A stretch of 64,000 nt of DNA. Origin: Dictyostelium discoideum (taxonomy: Eukaryota). The position numbers were made by a program, and so were the translations under genes. Position 1 is the stretch's first letter, and every line of letters starts with the position of its first letter. A model generated the notes under the pieces. The model saw nothing but the letters and a program-made list of their open reading frames with translations, searched no databases and was not told the DNA's origin. The stretch lies in the NCBI GenBank assembly GCA_000004695.1, contig CM000153.2, positions 4,704,001 to 4,768,000 on the forward strand. Direction: 5' to 3'. This document shows, piece after piece, positions 20,906 through 32,862 of this stretch.

Positions 20906-21490
20906 AAAAAAATTAAAAGAAAATTTTTTTTTATTTTTTTTTTTTTATTTTTATTTTTTATTTTTTTGTTTATATTTTTATTTTTTTTTTTTTTTTGGAT
21001 GAATGTTGATGTTAATAAACTTAAAAAAATAAAAATGAAAAAAATATATATATATATATACAAAGGAATAATTAATAATAACATCTCATTATGTATATTT
21101 TTTTTTTTTTTTCACTTAAATACCTTTAAAATGATTTCAGAAATAATAGTCTAATTTATTTCTTAAAATTTTATCAAACTGTTCAAAAAATTAAAAAAAA
21201 AATGAAAAAATAAAATTGAAAATAAAAAAAGGAAAAATAAAAAAAAAAATGAAAATTACTTAATTAAAATATTGAAACAATACAATGATTACATTGAAGT
21301 GGACAATTATAATAATATCCAAAAGATTTAAAAATATTTGTAAAATAATGTCCAACAGATAAAATTAAAAATTTGTACAATGGTAATAGGAAAAAAAAAT
21401 AAAAGTCTTTAGAACATATTTTTTATAATAATCATCTTTTTTTCAATAATATCCAATTATTTTTTGGTTCATTTTATTTATCTTTTTTTA

Positions 21491-21533
<43 letters not shown>

Positions 21534-21712
21534 TTTACTCGATTTACTTTCACACCAGTATTTAAATTTTTAATTTCGCTTTGACTTTCAATTTTTTTTT
21601 TTTCTTTTCTTCATTGAATAATTAATATAAATCTATTACCATATATAAGATATTCTTTTTAAATTGGCAAGTATTAAAAGATAAATGATTTTAAATTATT
21701 TTAAATAAAAAG

Positions 21713-21748
<36 letters not shown>

Positions 21749-21802
21749 TAAAATGGTAATTTTAAATTTCATATTTGTTAAGAAAAAAAAAAAAAAAAAA
21801 TA

Positions 21803-23293
21803 ATGAAAATGAAAAAAATAATACTAACATTGTTAGTATTATTATTTATATTAAATTTAATTAGAGGTGATAGCACTGCCACAACAACAACAACATGTAA
21901 TAGAGATTATGAATGTGGGAATTACCCATATGCAGCATGTAATGGTGGTTTGAATTTAGGCTATGGTATTGTATATAATTCAAATATTGATAAATTAATA
22001 GTATCTGGTAAATACAATTCAAGTGATTCAGGTCCATTTGGGTATCCATATATATTCAATTTAGATACTAAATCAACGAATGGTAGTGGTAGTGGAGAAG
22101 CAACAATTGAAATTAAAAATAAAATCTATGGTGAAATTTTAAATAATGGTGGAGGTTTTACAACATTTTATAAAATTTATCAATATGCACCAATTCATAA
22201 TTATTTATACATTACATTCTATCAAAGTGGTAGTAACATTTTTGCAATTTATGATCAAACTACATCAAGTATTAAACAAGTGTTAAATATTTGGGGTGTC
22301 CCATTCACTATTGGTTTTAATAAAGATGAAAGTAAAACTGTTTATGGTGAATATGGAATTTTCTTAATTAATGGTATTCCAAGCCAAAAATCTGATTTCT
22401 CAAATTCAACACTCCTCTACAAGAATCAAATTACCAATGCAATTATATTGCAAGATAATGATATCTACATATCAACTTATGATGGTAAATTTTATTTAGG
22501 TTCAACTAATTGTAGAAATTGTTCAAGTGATAAATTAAAATTATTATTCACTGATAATAATTCCACAACAAATAGTGGATTCTTTAAAATTAATGATATG
22601 ATTTATTATTCAAATGAAAATGGTATTAGAGCATTCTCAATTAATAATTCATCATCAACAATGGCACCAATAATTTTAACAAATGATAGTATTTCATCGA
22701 TGACAACTGATGGTAAAAATATTTATTATATTATTACTGGTTCAACAGGTTCATCATTTACAAATAATGCAGTAGTTAAATCAATTTCAATTTTAAAAGG
22801 TAGCGGTGGTAGTGGTAGTGGTAGTGGTAGTGGTAGTGGTAGTGGTAGTGGTAGTGGTAGTGGTAGTGGTAGTGGTAGTGGTAGTGGTAGTGGTAGTGGT
22901 AGTGGTAGTGGTAGTGGTAGTGGTAGTGGTAGTGGTAGTGGTAGTGGTAGTGGTAGTGGTGGTAATTCAAAACCAATGGTTATATATACCCCAAAATCAA
23001 ATAATCAATGTCAATGTGCAGTTGGTTTCAAAGGTGATAAATGTGAAACTTGTGATGGTAAAACACTATGGAATAATGGTATTCCTTTATGCACTCCAAT
23101 TGATAATGAAACAGGTTATCCTAAAACATGTTTCACCCCTCAAGATTGCTCAACTAGTCAATTTGTATTCTGTAATGGTACATGTAGTTGTTTGCCTGGC
23201 TTTACTCAATCAAAGAATGATTGTATTTGTTCAAACCCTGGTTCAGTTATTTGGACAAATGGTTATCCAACTTGTTTTGTTGATCCAAATTAA
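21803..23293 (+). CDS. Secreted protein with a signal peptide, an N-terminal ~300-aa domain, a perfect (GS)n linker and C-terminal Cys-rich EGF-like repeats.
   Basis: ATG at 21803 follows an A-rich leader. The N-terminus is MKMKKIILTLLVLLFILNLIRG. The C-terminus is CQCAVGFKGDKCETCDG...CTPIDNETGYPKTCFTPQDCSTSQFVFCNGTCSCLPGFTQSKNDCICSNPG, with EGF/laminin-EGF-like Cys spacing. The ORF is continuous and no intron is needed. Confidence 0.7.
   Translation: MKMKKIILTLLVLLFILNLIRGDSTATTTTTCNRDYECGNYPYAACNGGLNLGYGIVYNSNIDKLIVSGKYNSSDSGPFGYPYIFNLDTKSTNGSGSGEATIEIKNKIYGEILNNGGGFTTFYKIYQYAPIHNYLYITFYQSGSNIFAIYDQTTSSIKQVLNIWGVPFTIGFNKDESKTVYGEYGIFLINGIPSQKSDFSNSTLLYKNQITNAIILQDNDIYISTYDGKFYLGSTNCRNCSSDKLKLLFTDNNSTTNSGFFKINDMIYYSNENGIRAFSINNSSSTMAPIILTNDSISSMTTDGKNIYYIITGSTGSSFTNNAVVKSISILKGSGGSGSGSGSGSGSGSGSGSGSGSGSGSGSGSGSGSGSGSGSGSGSGSGSGSGGNSKPMVIYTPKSNNQCQCAVGFKGDKCETCDGKTLWNNGIPLCTPIDNETGYPKTCFTPQDCSTSQFVFCNGTCSCLPGFTQSKNDCICSNPGSVIWTNGYPTCFVDPN
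22806..22962. repeat. Perfect (GGTAGT)n hexanucleotide array, about 26 copies, encoding (GS)n.
   Basis: ggtagtggtagt... is uninterrupted. The antisense frames produce the artefactual track ORFs 22776..22976(-) and 22806..23324(+). Confidence 0.9.
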
Positions 23294-23395
23294 ACACCCC
23301 TCCTCCCCTTTATATATTAAATAAATAAATAGTTTACACCCAAATAATAGTTATAAAATTAATTTTCTTTATAATATTTCTATTTTATTTCTATT

Positions 23396-24781
23396 TTATT
23401 TAAAATTATATTTTGAACTTTGACGGAATGTTAAAGCTTCTTTTACACTAACTTTCATCAAAACATGAGTATCAGCAGGTATTTTACGATTATGGCTAGT
23501 GGATTGAACGAATAAACGGGTATCTGGTGGGAGGTCAGTTGGTTTTAGGGTTATTCTTTTATTGGCTGGTTGATTTAATGCTTGACAAACATCGTTGTGG
23601 CCAATGATAAAGGTATCGGATTTTGTGTTGTGTAAGACCATGTCTTTGATTTCACTAATTTCTTCTTTTTTTTTTAGTGCATAATAACCTTCGCCTTGGG
23701 AATAGGATACTCTATTCTTTTCACATAGTTCTTTGAATGTTGAAGGAACGTTATTTGGTGGCAAAACTACGAATGAACCAACAGCACCACTACCTTTAAG
23801 ATTGAATTCGAAACATGTTACATTTTTATTTGGTGCAACTGTGCCTTGGAACCATTGGGTGGCACCCTCTTTAATGAGTCTGACTCTGAACGGAACGGAT
23901 CTAGTTGACGATTGGAAACGTGGGTCACTGCTAGTATGACATCTGAAATGGTTGACATAGATTTTATACTTACCAGATGGTGCTGATGCCCAAAATATAT
24001 TTTCAATAGGATGTTCAGAATGTTGAGAAACTGTTACATTCATATCCTTATCTAACCAACCACCACAACGTGATTCTTTATGACCATAATATAAATGTTC
24101 ACCTGATGGTGTTATAACATGTAAATCTAAATCTGCAATATCATTCCAAATTAAACTTGCATGTAACTCACCAGTATTACATCCTTCACGATTCATACGA
24201 AGTGATATAACCTCATTATCTGGATCACCATCATGTTTAAATTCTTTTGTTGCTGTTGCTGTTGATGATGTAATTTCTGGTGTAATAGCAGTAGTAGTTG
24301 ATGCTGTTGTTGTTGTTGTTGGTGGTGCACTTTCACTTGTGGTTGCACTTGATGGTACTTCAGGTGTTATTGAATTATTTGTAATTGTTGGTGCTGCTTC
24401 AGGTGTAGTGGTAGTAGTAGCTGCGGTTGTTGTTGTTGTTGTTGTTGTTGTTGGTTGAACTGCTGCTGGTTTCTTTGATGATTTAGCTTTTGGTTTTGAA
24501 ACTTTTGGTGCTGGTTTTGAAGCTATTTTAGTTTTTGATTTTTTATTTGTTGTGGTTGTGGTAGTTGATTTGGTTTTTGGTGTTTTAGTTGTAGTAGGTT
24601 TTGATTTTGTTTTTGTAACTTTAGTTTTAGAATTATCAGGGTTTTGGAAATTTAAAATTGTTTTAATTAAATGAGGTTTGACACCTGATGATTTTAAACC
24701 TAGTTGTTTACAAATTTTGGAAACTTCTGAACCAAGTAAACCTTCAAGATATGTTCTTGAATATTCTGAATCTGTTGACAT
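23396..24781 (-). CDS. SAP-domain protein with an N-terminal SAP DNA-binding motif, a Thr/Lys-rich low-complexity region and a conserved-looking ~270-aa C-terminal region of unknown function.
   Basis: ATG at 24781. The SAP-like helix-extended-helix is LEGLLGSEVSKICKQLGLKSSGVKPHLIKTIL. The C-terminal region (ELHASLIWNDIADLDLHVITPSGEHLYYGHKESRCGGWLDKDMNV...) is of ordinary composition, which argues it is a folded domain. Confidence 0.6.
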   Translation of the reverse strand: MSTDSEYSRTYLEGLLGSEVSKICKQLGLKSSGVKPHLIKTILNFQNPDNSKTKVTKTKSKPTTTKTPKTKSTTTTTTNKKSKTKIASKPAPKVSKPKAKSSKKPAAVQPTTTTTTTTTAATTTTTPEAAPTITNNSITPEVPSSATTSESAPPTTTTTASTTTAITPEITSSTATATKEFKHDGDPDNEVISLRMNREGCNTGELHASLIWNDIADLDLHVITPSGEHLYYGHKESRCGGWLDKDMNVTVSQHSEHPIENIFWASAPSGKYKIYVNHFRCHTSSDPRFQSSTRSVPFRVRLIKEGATQWFQGTVAPNKNVTCFEFNLKGSGAVGSFVVLPPNNVPSTFKELCEKNRVSYSQGEGYYALKKKEEISEIKDMVLHNTKSDTFIIGHNDVCQALNQPANKRITLKPTDLPPDTRLFVQSTSHNRKIPADTHVLMKVSVKEALTFRQSSKYNFK

Positions 24782-25554
24782 ATTGATAATAATTTTATTT
24801 GTTGTTTTTATTTTTATTTTTTTGTTTTGTCTTTTTTTTTAAAATTTTGGACGAAAAATAAAAATTGATGCAAATGATATTTTTTTTTTTTATTTTTTTT
24901 TTTTTTTTAGTGGTTTTTTTTTTTTACAGAATTTCTTGGTTTTCTAAAAAAAATAAAAAAAATATCTTAAAATCTCAGGACCAGTTCTAAAATATTTTTA
25001 GAATTAATTTTTTTTTTTTTAGAAAAAAAATAAAAGTTAGAAATAAAAAAAAAAATTTGTGTAATAAATTAATACTTTAATCTTAGATAATTATTTTTTT
25101 TAATTTTTTTTGTTTAAAATAAATAAAAATAAGGTGTTACGAGATAACTCTTTTACTAAAAAAAAAAAAAAAAAAAAAAAAATAAAATAAAAATAAAAAT
25201 AAAAAAAAAAATAAAATAAAATAAAATTAATTTTTGTCGATGTAAAATTAATTTTTTTAACTATAAAATATAAAAAATTAAAAGTAAATGAAAATTTTTT
25301 TTTTTTTTTTTTTCTTTTCTTTTTTTTTTTTTTAAAATACTATATTTAAAAAAGTTGGGTTCCAATAAAAATACCATACCAAAAATTATTCAAAGGCGCC
25401 CGAATAATGTGAATGAAAAAATAAAAATAAAAATAAAAATAAAAATAAAATTAAAACTTTTCGTTATTTTTTTTTTTTTTTTTTTTTTTCCTGTTTTTTT
25501 TTTTTCAGTGTTTTGTTAATTAATGAATTAATTAATGAATTGATACAAATTTCA
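24782..25554. promoter_or_regulatory. Divergent intergenic region shared by the SAP-domain gene (minus) and the FANCJ-like helicase gene (plus).
   Basis: It lies between two divergent ATGs, is about 85% AT and has multiple A(15-25)/T(15-25) tracts. Confidence 0.4.
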
Positions 25555-28500
25555 ATGAGTAGTAATAATAATAATCCACCACCAAAAAAAGTGTTTTCGC
25601 TTAGTTTGTTAAAACCTTCTCCTAGAGTTAGTGGATCATCATTACCTTCATCACAATCATCACAATCTTCACAATCATCACAACATTCACAATCATCACA
25701 ACCGCCACCATCAATTCTTTCATTTTTCAAAGCAAAACCAATTACATCTTCATCACAATCGTCACAAACACCAGCAACCACTACAACAACCACTACAACA
25801 ACAACAACAACAACAAAAACATCAACTACAATCGGAGTAAAAAGACCAATATCGGATATTATGGATAGTGGAGATGATTTCAATTATTTAGAGAATGAAC
25901 CTGATGATTACTATAATACACCATTCGATTATTTTAATAATTCAAATATAAATAATAATAATAATATAAATAATAATAACAATAATAGTGTAAATAAAAA
26001 TACAAATACTAATAGTAATATTAATACCAATATAAATGGAAGTATTATTAATAATAATAATAATAAAATTAATGTTAAAGATGATGCTTCATATGAAAAA
26101 TATGAAGAATTAGGAAATGGTGTATACAAAATTGGTAATTATAAAGTTAAATTCCCATTCAAACCATATGCATGTCAAGCATCAATGATGTCTAGAATTT
26201 TAGAAGGTTTAGATAGTAAAGAGAATTGTATATTAGAATCACCAACTGGCACTGGTAAAACTTTATCTCTACTATGTTCATCATTAGCATGGCAAGAAGA
26301 AAATAAAAAAAAAAATCAAAGAGATTTAGAAGAAAAAAGAAAATTAGCTTTAGATTCAAAACAAAGAATGATTGAAAAAAAGCAATTAATTGATGCTGCC
26401 GCTGCTGCTTCTGCTGCTTCCAATACTACTTCAAATTTACCATCTATAACTTCAACTTCAACTTCTAATTCAACTTCAACTTCAACTTCCACGTCACCAA
26501 TAAAACAAGAAGCAACTGCAACCACAGCTACAACAAATTCAATTTCACCAATAAAACAAGAGACAACAAAAACAACAACAACAATGACAACGACACCATC
26601 AACATCACCAATTAAAAGTGAAGAATTAAATTTAGATTCATATAAATATGAAAAAGGTTTACAATGTGATTATAATGGTACAGGAGTTGGTAAATTTGAA
26701 CCAAAGAAAATACCAAAAATAATAAATAAAAAACCAAAATATGGATCAATGACAACCACAACGACAATACAAAATAATGAATTAATTGATTATGATAATG
26801 ATGGTACACAAAAATTTATAAAAAAGAAATCTCCAACTATATTCTTTTGTTCAAGAACTCATTCACAAATTAAACAATTAACAGGTGAATTAAAAAAGAC
26901 ACCCTATAGACCAAATATGGTTGTATTAGCATCACGTGATCAATATTGTATTAATCCATTATTAAAGGATGTACCAAAGAAACTTGAAAAATGTAAAAAA
27001 CTATTATTAGATCATGGTTGTCGTTTTAAAAAAACTGAACAACAAACATCATTGGCAAAATCATCAGACTTTTTAGGGGGTGGTAAAAAAGAAGTTTGGG
27101 ATATTGAAGATTTAATGGAAGCAGGTCAAGCACACAGTGAATGTCCTTATTTCGCATCAAGAGATATGATTGAAAAAGCAGATTTAATATTTTGTCCTTA
27201 TAATTACTTAATTGATCCACAAATCCGAAAAAGTTTTGCAGATAAAGTTGCAGGTTCAATTGTAATCTTTGATGAAGCTCATAATATTGAAGATGCCTTA
27301 ATGGAGACGAGTAGTTTCGATTCATCATTAGAGGAATTGAATGAACATTGTTATCAGAATTTTAAAGATTGTATAATGAATTCAAGAACTATGAGTATGC
27401 TATCCAATGAAAAAGCATTAGCCATTCATTATTGTTATAAACTATTGGAATCAATTATCGCTTGGATTAATAAAAAAGTTCAAACTTTAAAACCAATAGA
27501 TTTTGAAAAACATCAAAACGTTTGGAAAGGTGAAAAGATTTTAAATATTTTTGAAGAGTTTGGTTTAAATGAAACAAATTATTTCAGCTTTCGTGATCAT
27601 CTTGCAACATTATTTGATGAAGGTGATGGTACTTCTGATAATGGTAAAGAAGGTGGTGGTGGTTCACTTTCATTTCCATCAAAAGGTAAAGGTGGTATTG
27701 GTGTTGGTAGTAATAAACAAAAAATTGATCCAGTACCACAAAGAGCATTAGTATTATTAGAATCATTTGAAAAAGTTACAGCAATGATTTATCAAAACAA
27801 AGGTTGGATTGAAGATTATAGATTGGTTTTACAAAAAGCATCAGCATTTCAAACAAATGGTGGTAAGAAAAGTAATCAAGGTACAAAATGGAATTATCAA
27901 TTTGGTATTTGGGCAATGAGTCCAAGAATTGCATTTTCATCATTGGTTCAAGCAACTCGTTCTGTTGTATTAACATCTGGTACATTATCACCATTGTATT
28001 CATTTCCAATGGAATTGGCAGCGAAATTCCCAATTTCAGCAGAGATGGGTAATTTACCAGATATTGCACAACGTGCTTGGATTGGTACATTATCACATGG
28101 AGTAAAGGGTACAAAATTAATTTGTACACATGGTCCATCAGAGGGATTAGATTTTCAAGATTCATTAGGTGAAACTATTTTACAACATATCGAATTAATA
28201 CCGAGCGGTGTACTTTGTTTCTTTCCTTCGTATGGATTTTTAGAGAAATTGTTAAGTCGTTGGGATGAAACTGGTATTCTAAAGAAAATCAATGCAAAGA
28301 AGAGATATTTTTATGAACCAAAGAATCAAAGAGAATTCATTGAAACCCTAGATAATTATCGTGAAGAAATTAAACAACGTCCAAATAAAGGTGCAATCTT
28401 ATTCGCAGTTTGTCGTGGTAAAGTTAGCGAAGGTATTGATTTCAGTGATGAATATGCTAGAGGTGTTATAGTCGTTGGTATCCCCTATCCATCTTTAGTA

Positions 28501-28791
28501 GATCTTCGTATCGTTTTAAAGAAAGAACATAACGATACAAATAAAAAAGGTATAAGTGGTGGCGATTGGTATAAATTACAAGCTTATCGTGCCTTAAATC
28601 AAGCTCTAGGTAGATGTATTAGACACAAAAATGATTATGGTTCCATTTTATTAATAGATGAAAGATTCACCCAAATGGGTAATTGGAATTCACTTTCAAA
28701 ATGGACACGTTCATGTATAAAAAATAATAGAAATTTAAATACCTCACTTTCATCTTTAAAATTATTTTATGATTCAAAAAATAAACAATAA
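25555..28791 (+). CDS. fncJ: Rad3/XPD-family Fe-S DNA helicase of the FANCJ/BRIP1 type, with DEAD_2 and Helicase_C_2 domains.
   Basis: The first in-frame ATG is at 25555; the track start 25513 is a TTG. Motif I is KFPFKPYACQASMMSRILEGLDSKENCILESPTGTGKTLSLLCSSLAWQ, compared with human BRIP1 [49 protein letters not shown]. The DEAH box is IVIFDEAHNIED. Fe-S Cys residues are present (CINPLL...C...C...HSECPYF). The C-terminus is DFSDEYARGVIVVGIPYPSLVD...YRALNQALGRCIRHKNDYGSILLIDERF. Confidence 0.8.
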   Translation: MSSNNNNPPPKKVFSLSLLKPSPRVSGSSLPSSQSSQSSQSSQHSQSSQPPPSILSFFKAKPITSSSQSSQTPATTTTTTTTTTTTTKTSTTIGVKRPISDIMDSGDDFNYLENEPDDYYNTPFDYFNNSNINNNNNINNNNNNSVNKNTNTNSNINTNINGSIINNNNNKINVKDDASYEKYEELGNGVYKIGNYKVKFPFKPYACQASMMSRILEGLDSKENCILESPTGTGKTLSLLCSSLAWQEENKKKNQRDLEEKRKLALDSKQRMIEKKQLIDAAAAASAASNTTSNLPSITSTSTSNSTSTSTSTSPIKQEATATTATTNSISPIKQETTKTTTTMTTTPSTSPIKSEELNLDSYKYEKGLQCDYNGTGVGKFEPKKIPKIINKKPKYGSMTTTTTIQNNELIDYDNDGTQKFIKKKSPTIFFCSRTHSQIKQLTGELKKTPYRPNMVVLASRDQYCINPLLKDVPKKLEKCKKLLLDHGCRFKKTEQQTSLAKSSDFLGGGKKEVWDIEDLMEAGQAHSECPYFASRDMIEKADLIFCPYNYLIDPQIRKSFADKVAGSIVIFDEAHNIEDALMETSSFDSSLEELNEHCYQNFKDCIMNSRTMSMLSNEKALAIHYCYKLLESIIAWINKKVQTLKPIDFEKHQNVWKGEKILNIFEEFGLNETNYFSFRDHLATLFDEGDGTSDNGKEGGGGSLSFPSKGKGGIGVGSNKQKIDPVPQRALVLLESFEKVTAMIYQNKGWIEDYRLVLQKASAFQTNGGKKSNQGTKWNYQFGIWAMSPRIAFSSLVQATRSVVLTSGTLSPLYSFPMELAAKFPISAEMGNLPDIAQRAWIGTLSHGVKGTKLICTHGPSEGLDFQDSLGETILQHIELIPSGVLCFFPSYGFLEKLLSRWDETGILKKINAKKRYFYEPKNQREFIETLDNYREEIKQRPNKGAILFAVCRGKVSEGIDFSDEYARGVIVVGIPYPSLVDLRIVLKKEHNDTNKKGISGGDWYKLQAYRALNQALGRCIRHKNDYGSILLIDERFTQMGNWNSLSKWTRSCIKNNRNLNTSLSSLKLFYDSKNKQ

Positions 28792-29205
28792 ACATTTAAA
28801 AATAATCAATAAAAAAAAATAAAATAAAAAATAAAAATAAATAAAAAAAAATGGAATATATTTAAATCAAAAAATCTTTTGTTTATTTTATTTAATACCT
28901 TTTACCAAAAAAAAAAAAAAATTTAAAAATTAAAAAAATAAAAAAAATAAAAAAATAAAAAAAAAATTTGGAACCACTTAGAATCATTTTTTATCAACAA
29001 ATCTGAAAATGAAAAATTCAAATAAAAAAAATGATTCTATGTGGAAGGTTCCAAATTTTCAATTTAAAAAATTTGTTATAAATATTTTTTTTATTTTTTA
29101 TATTTTTATTTTAAAATATTATAAAAAAATATATACTTATAAATAAATTAAATAAATAAAAAAAAAGATTAAAAAAAAAAAAAAAAAAAAATTAAATTAT
29201 AAAAA

Positions 29206-29487
29206 ATGGAAAATCATCAATACCGTACACTTGAAGCAACCGATAATGGTGATTCAATAAATGTTTTTCAAAGTTCAAATAGCTCTGCTCAAGATAATAT
29301 TATACAACAAAATCAAAATAATATAGATAGTAATCAAAATTGTAATAATAAAGAAAATAACTATATTCAAAGTAATTATCTTGAAGAAGATTACCGTGAT
29401 GTAAAAAAGAATAAAAAAACTGGCACCAAAATATTTTTAAATATATTATCTAGTGTCCTCGGAAGTTTTGGAGATGATTTTCTTTGA
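29206..29487 (+). CDS. Small hypothetical ORF of 93 aa.
   Basis: ATG in aaaaATGG context. It is Asn/Gln-rich. The only support is ORF length in AT-rich DNA between two convergent genes. Confidence 0.3.
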   Translation: MENHQYRTLEATDNGDSINVFQSSNSSAQDNIIQQNQNNIDSNQNCNNKENNYIQSNYLEEDYRDVKKNKKTGTKIFLNILSSVLGSFGDDFL

Positions 29488-29761
29488 AAAAAAAAAACTA
29501 AAAAAAAAATTGATTCCAATAATTTTGTATTATATTATAAAAAAAAAAATTGTATTTAAATAAACTATAAAAACCAATAAAACCAAAATTAAATTAAGAA
29601 ATAATCATTTAAATATTTATTTTTTATTTTATTTTTTTTTTTCTGATTTTTTTTTTTTTTTTTTTTTTTTGATTTTCATAAAACTTATTTTACAGTGTCA
29701 TTATAAAAGGGAGTAATAGATTTAAATTGTAAGATTTTTTTTTATTATTATTATTATTATA

Positions 29762-29803
<42 letters not shown>

Positions 29804-29889
29804 TTGAATTATTTATTTTTTTTATTTTTTTTTATTTTTTTTAAACCATTTTTTTTTCCAGAATTGAAAAATAAATAGAATAGTTTAAA

Positions 29890-31420
29890 TTAACTTGAGC
29901 TATTTGAAGAAGTTTCACTGTCATTTGCGCTTGCATTACTATTTTCAATTTTTTCTGCTTCAACCTTTGGAGCTGAATTTTCTTCTGATACTTGTGTAGT
30001 TGTTGATGGGTTTGATTCTTGTTGTACAGGGTTTGATTGAGATGATGCTAAAGATATATTATTTTTGGTGGTGGTAGTTGTGGCGTTATTACTATTACTA
30101 CTATTTAAATTATTATTGTTATTATTATTTTGTGGTGCGTCTGATGCTACAACTGTAATATTATCGTGATGAGAGGAAGATGTTGCTACATTATTTGAGG
30201 ATTGTGGATAATGTTGATTGTTTGTTTGTTCTTCAGCAGAAGCAACAACGGTTGTATGGGATTGTTGTTGATCAAGTTGATCAAATGTTAATTCGACATG
30301 GAAATCCTCTGGGAAAGCTTTATGGTTCTTATCTTTGTGTGCTTTATCGAGACCACTCTTTGGAATAATTTCGAGTTGTTGTACGAATGAAGTGTTTACC
30401 CAAAACATAAACATACGATCATCTTGTTTGTTTGTAAATTCGATTCTAATATCACCAGCCAATGACAAAGCTCCAATCTCAAAGGAGATATATTCATCAT
30501 TACCAATTGTATTACCATCAGCTAAATCACTTAAACTAAATTGACTTCCACCTAATTGATGAAGTGTATTACCATTAACTGTACCAACATTACTACCACT
30601 ACTAATTGTACCACTAGCACTTAATGATTGCATATTTGGTGATGATTGTCCTTGTTGTGATTGTGAAAGTGATGATTGTGATTGTTGTTGTTGTTGACTA
30701 TCTATATTTTTTTCACTATTTTCTTTTGTTAATTTTTTCTTTGGATCCTTTTTATTTTTATCTACAACTGTTTTCTTTTTCTTTGAGATTACAACGTTCA
30801 TATTATGTTCTTTACTATTGAATACACAATTCTTACCAACGGATATATTGAATTGAACTTCTGATAAATTAATTTCTTTTGGTAATGGTCTTAATACAAT
30901 TTTCTTTAGAGTGACATTACGTGGTACATATTTGATTGACTCTCTAATGGATCTGCCAAAGTAACCTACATATCTAATTTGAGATGGAATTGTAACACCC
31001 TTTTGATTGTATGTACGTAATGCTGCATAAAATCTTAAGGAATCCTCTGTATTCTTCCACATACCACAATACATTAACCAACAACAAATCATAAGACCTG
31101 TACGACCTTTACCTGCTTTACAATGAATTACTGCAATGTTCTTTGAATCCTCCTTCATCCATGCATCTACATCCCTACAAAATGCATCGATCATTTCAAA
31201 TTGTGGTGCATTATGATCATCGAATGGGTAATATCCAACACGACCATAAAACTTTGAATGGTCATAAACACGTTCTGAACATAAATTATATACTTTGAAA
31301 TGATCTTTATGATATTGATCTAAAAATCTTTGTACATCTTTCATTGGATTTCTAAAAACACCTTCAACTTTTTCACTTGGAAATCCCATTGCAACAATAT
31401 TATCAGTAATATCTATATTA

Positions 31421-31476
<56 letters not shown>

Positions 31477-31609
31477 TATATATTAGTAATTATAAATACA
31501 TTATGAAAAAAAAAAAAAAAAAATACTTACATGCTAAATCTAAATCGTAACCATTTTTTTGATATCTTCTCTTTTGTTTAGAGACTGCAACTCTTAATAA
31601 ATTACTCAT
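29890..31609 (-). CDS. pten: PTEN phosphatidylinositol-3,4,5-trisphosphate 3-phosphatase. Two exons: 31609..31531 and 31412..29890.
   Basis: Exon 1 is MSNLLRVAVSKQKRRYQKNGYDLDLA, ending in phase 1 on a GTAAGT donor (plus acttac 31525-31530). The acceptor is tatag at 31413. Exon 2 is (Y)ITDNIVAMGFPSEKVEGVFRNPMKDVQRFLDQYHKDHFKVYNLCSER...AVIHCKAGKGRTG (the HCxxGxxR P-loop)...C2 domain and a low-complexity tail. The N-terminus matches D. discoideum PTEN as I recall it. Confidence 0.9.
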
Positions 31610-32524
31610 TTCTATTTGTTTTCCCTACTTTTTTCTTTTTTTTTTTTATTCTGTTATTATTTTAATTTCTTTTTTATTTTTATTTTTATTTTTATTTTTA
31701 TTTTTATTTTTATTTTTATTTTTTTTTTTTGAGGGGCAAAAAAAAAAAAAAAAGTAATGTTAGAAAATTTATTTGATTTTTTATATTATACAAAGAAATA
31801 AATAATAAAAAAATAAAATAAAAGTAATAATATAATATAAACAACAAATAATATGATAGTGTGTTGATGTTAATATTGGAGAGAAATAAAAAATTTAAAA
31901 TAAAAAAAAAAAAAATTGAAAAAAAAAATAATAAAAAAATATTTTAGTGTGTGGTGTATATGGCAAAAGATATAATATTATTTTAAATAAATAAATATAA
32001 AAAAAAAATAAAAAAAAAATTAAAAAAAAAAAAAAGTGAAAAAAGAGAAAAAAAAAAAAAAAAAAAACTTTTTTTTAAAAAAAGCAACAAATAAGTTTTT
32101 GCATTTGTCCATATGACGTATTATTATTTGATTCTAAAATCTGTGAACATTAAGTAATGTTTTTATACATGTTTAGTTGAATATAATACCTTTTTGGTCA
32201 TTTTATTATTATTTGCTGTTTTTTTTTTAAGAAAAAAATTTTTAAAAAAATAAAAATAAAATAAAAAACGATTATGAAAAAAAAGAAAAAAAATAAAAAA
32301 ATAAAAAAATAAAAATAAAAAAAAAACTTGAATAAAAAACTAAAATAAGGTTTATGTTTATAATATTATACAATTTTAGGTGTTGCAGGTAAATTTTTAA
32401 AGTATTGTCTAATAGTTATCACGATTGATTTTTATATACCTGTTGAGTTTATTTTTAAAAAAAAAAAAAAAATAAAAAAAATAAAAAAAAAAATAAAAAA
32501 AAAAATAAAAAAAAAAAAAATTGT

Positions 32525-32569
<45 letters not shown>

Positions 32570-32830
32570 AATATCTTTTTTTTCAAACCAAAATATCTAA
32601 AAAAAAAACTTTTTTTATGAAAGTATTGTTTATTTGAAAATACCAAAGGAGAGTGATTGTTATTTATGGAATAAATAAATAATAATAAATAATATAATAA
32701 ATAAATAAATAAATAAATAAATAATATAATAAATAAATAATATAATAAATAAATAATAAATAATAAATAAATAAATAAATAAATAGATGTATTATTGTTG
32801 CTAAGATAAATACTATAAAAAAAAAAAAAG

Positions 32831-32862
<32 letters not shown>

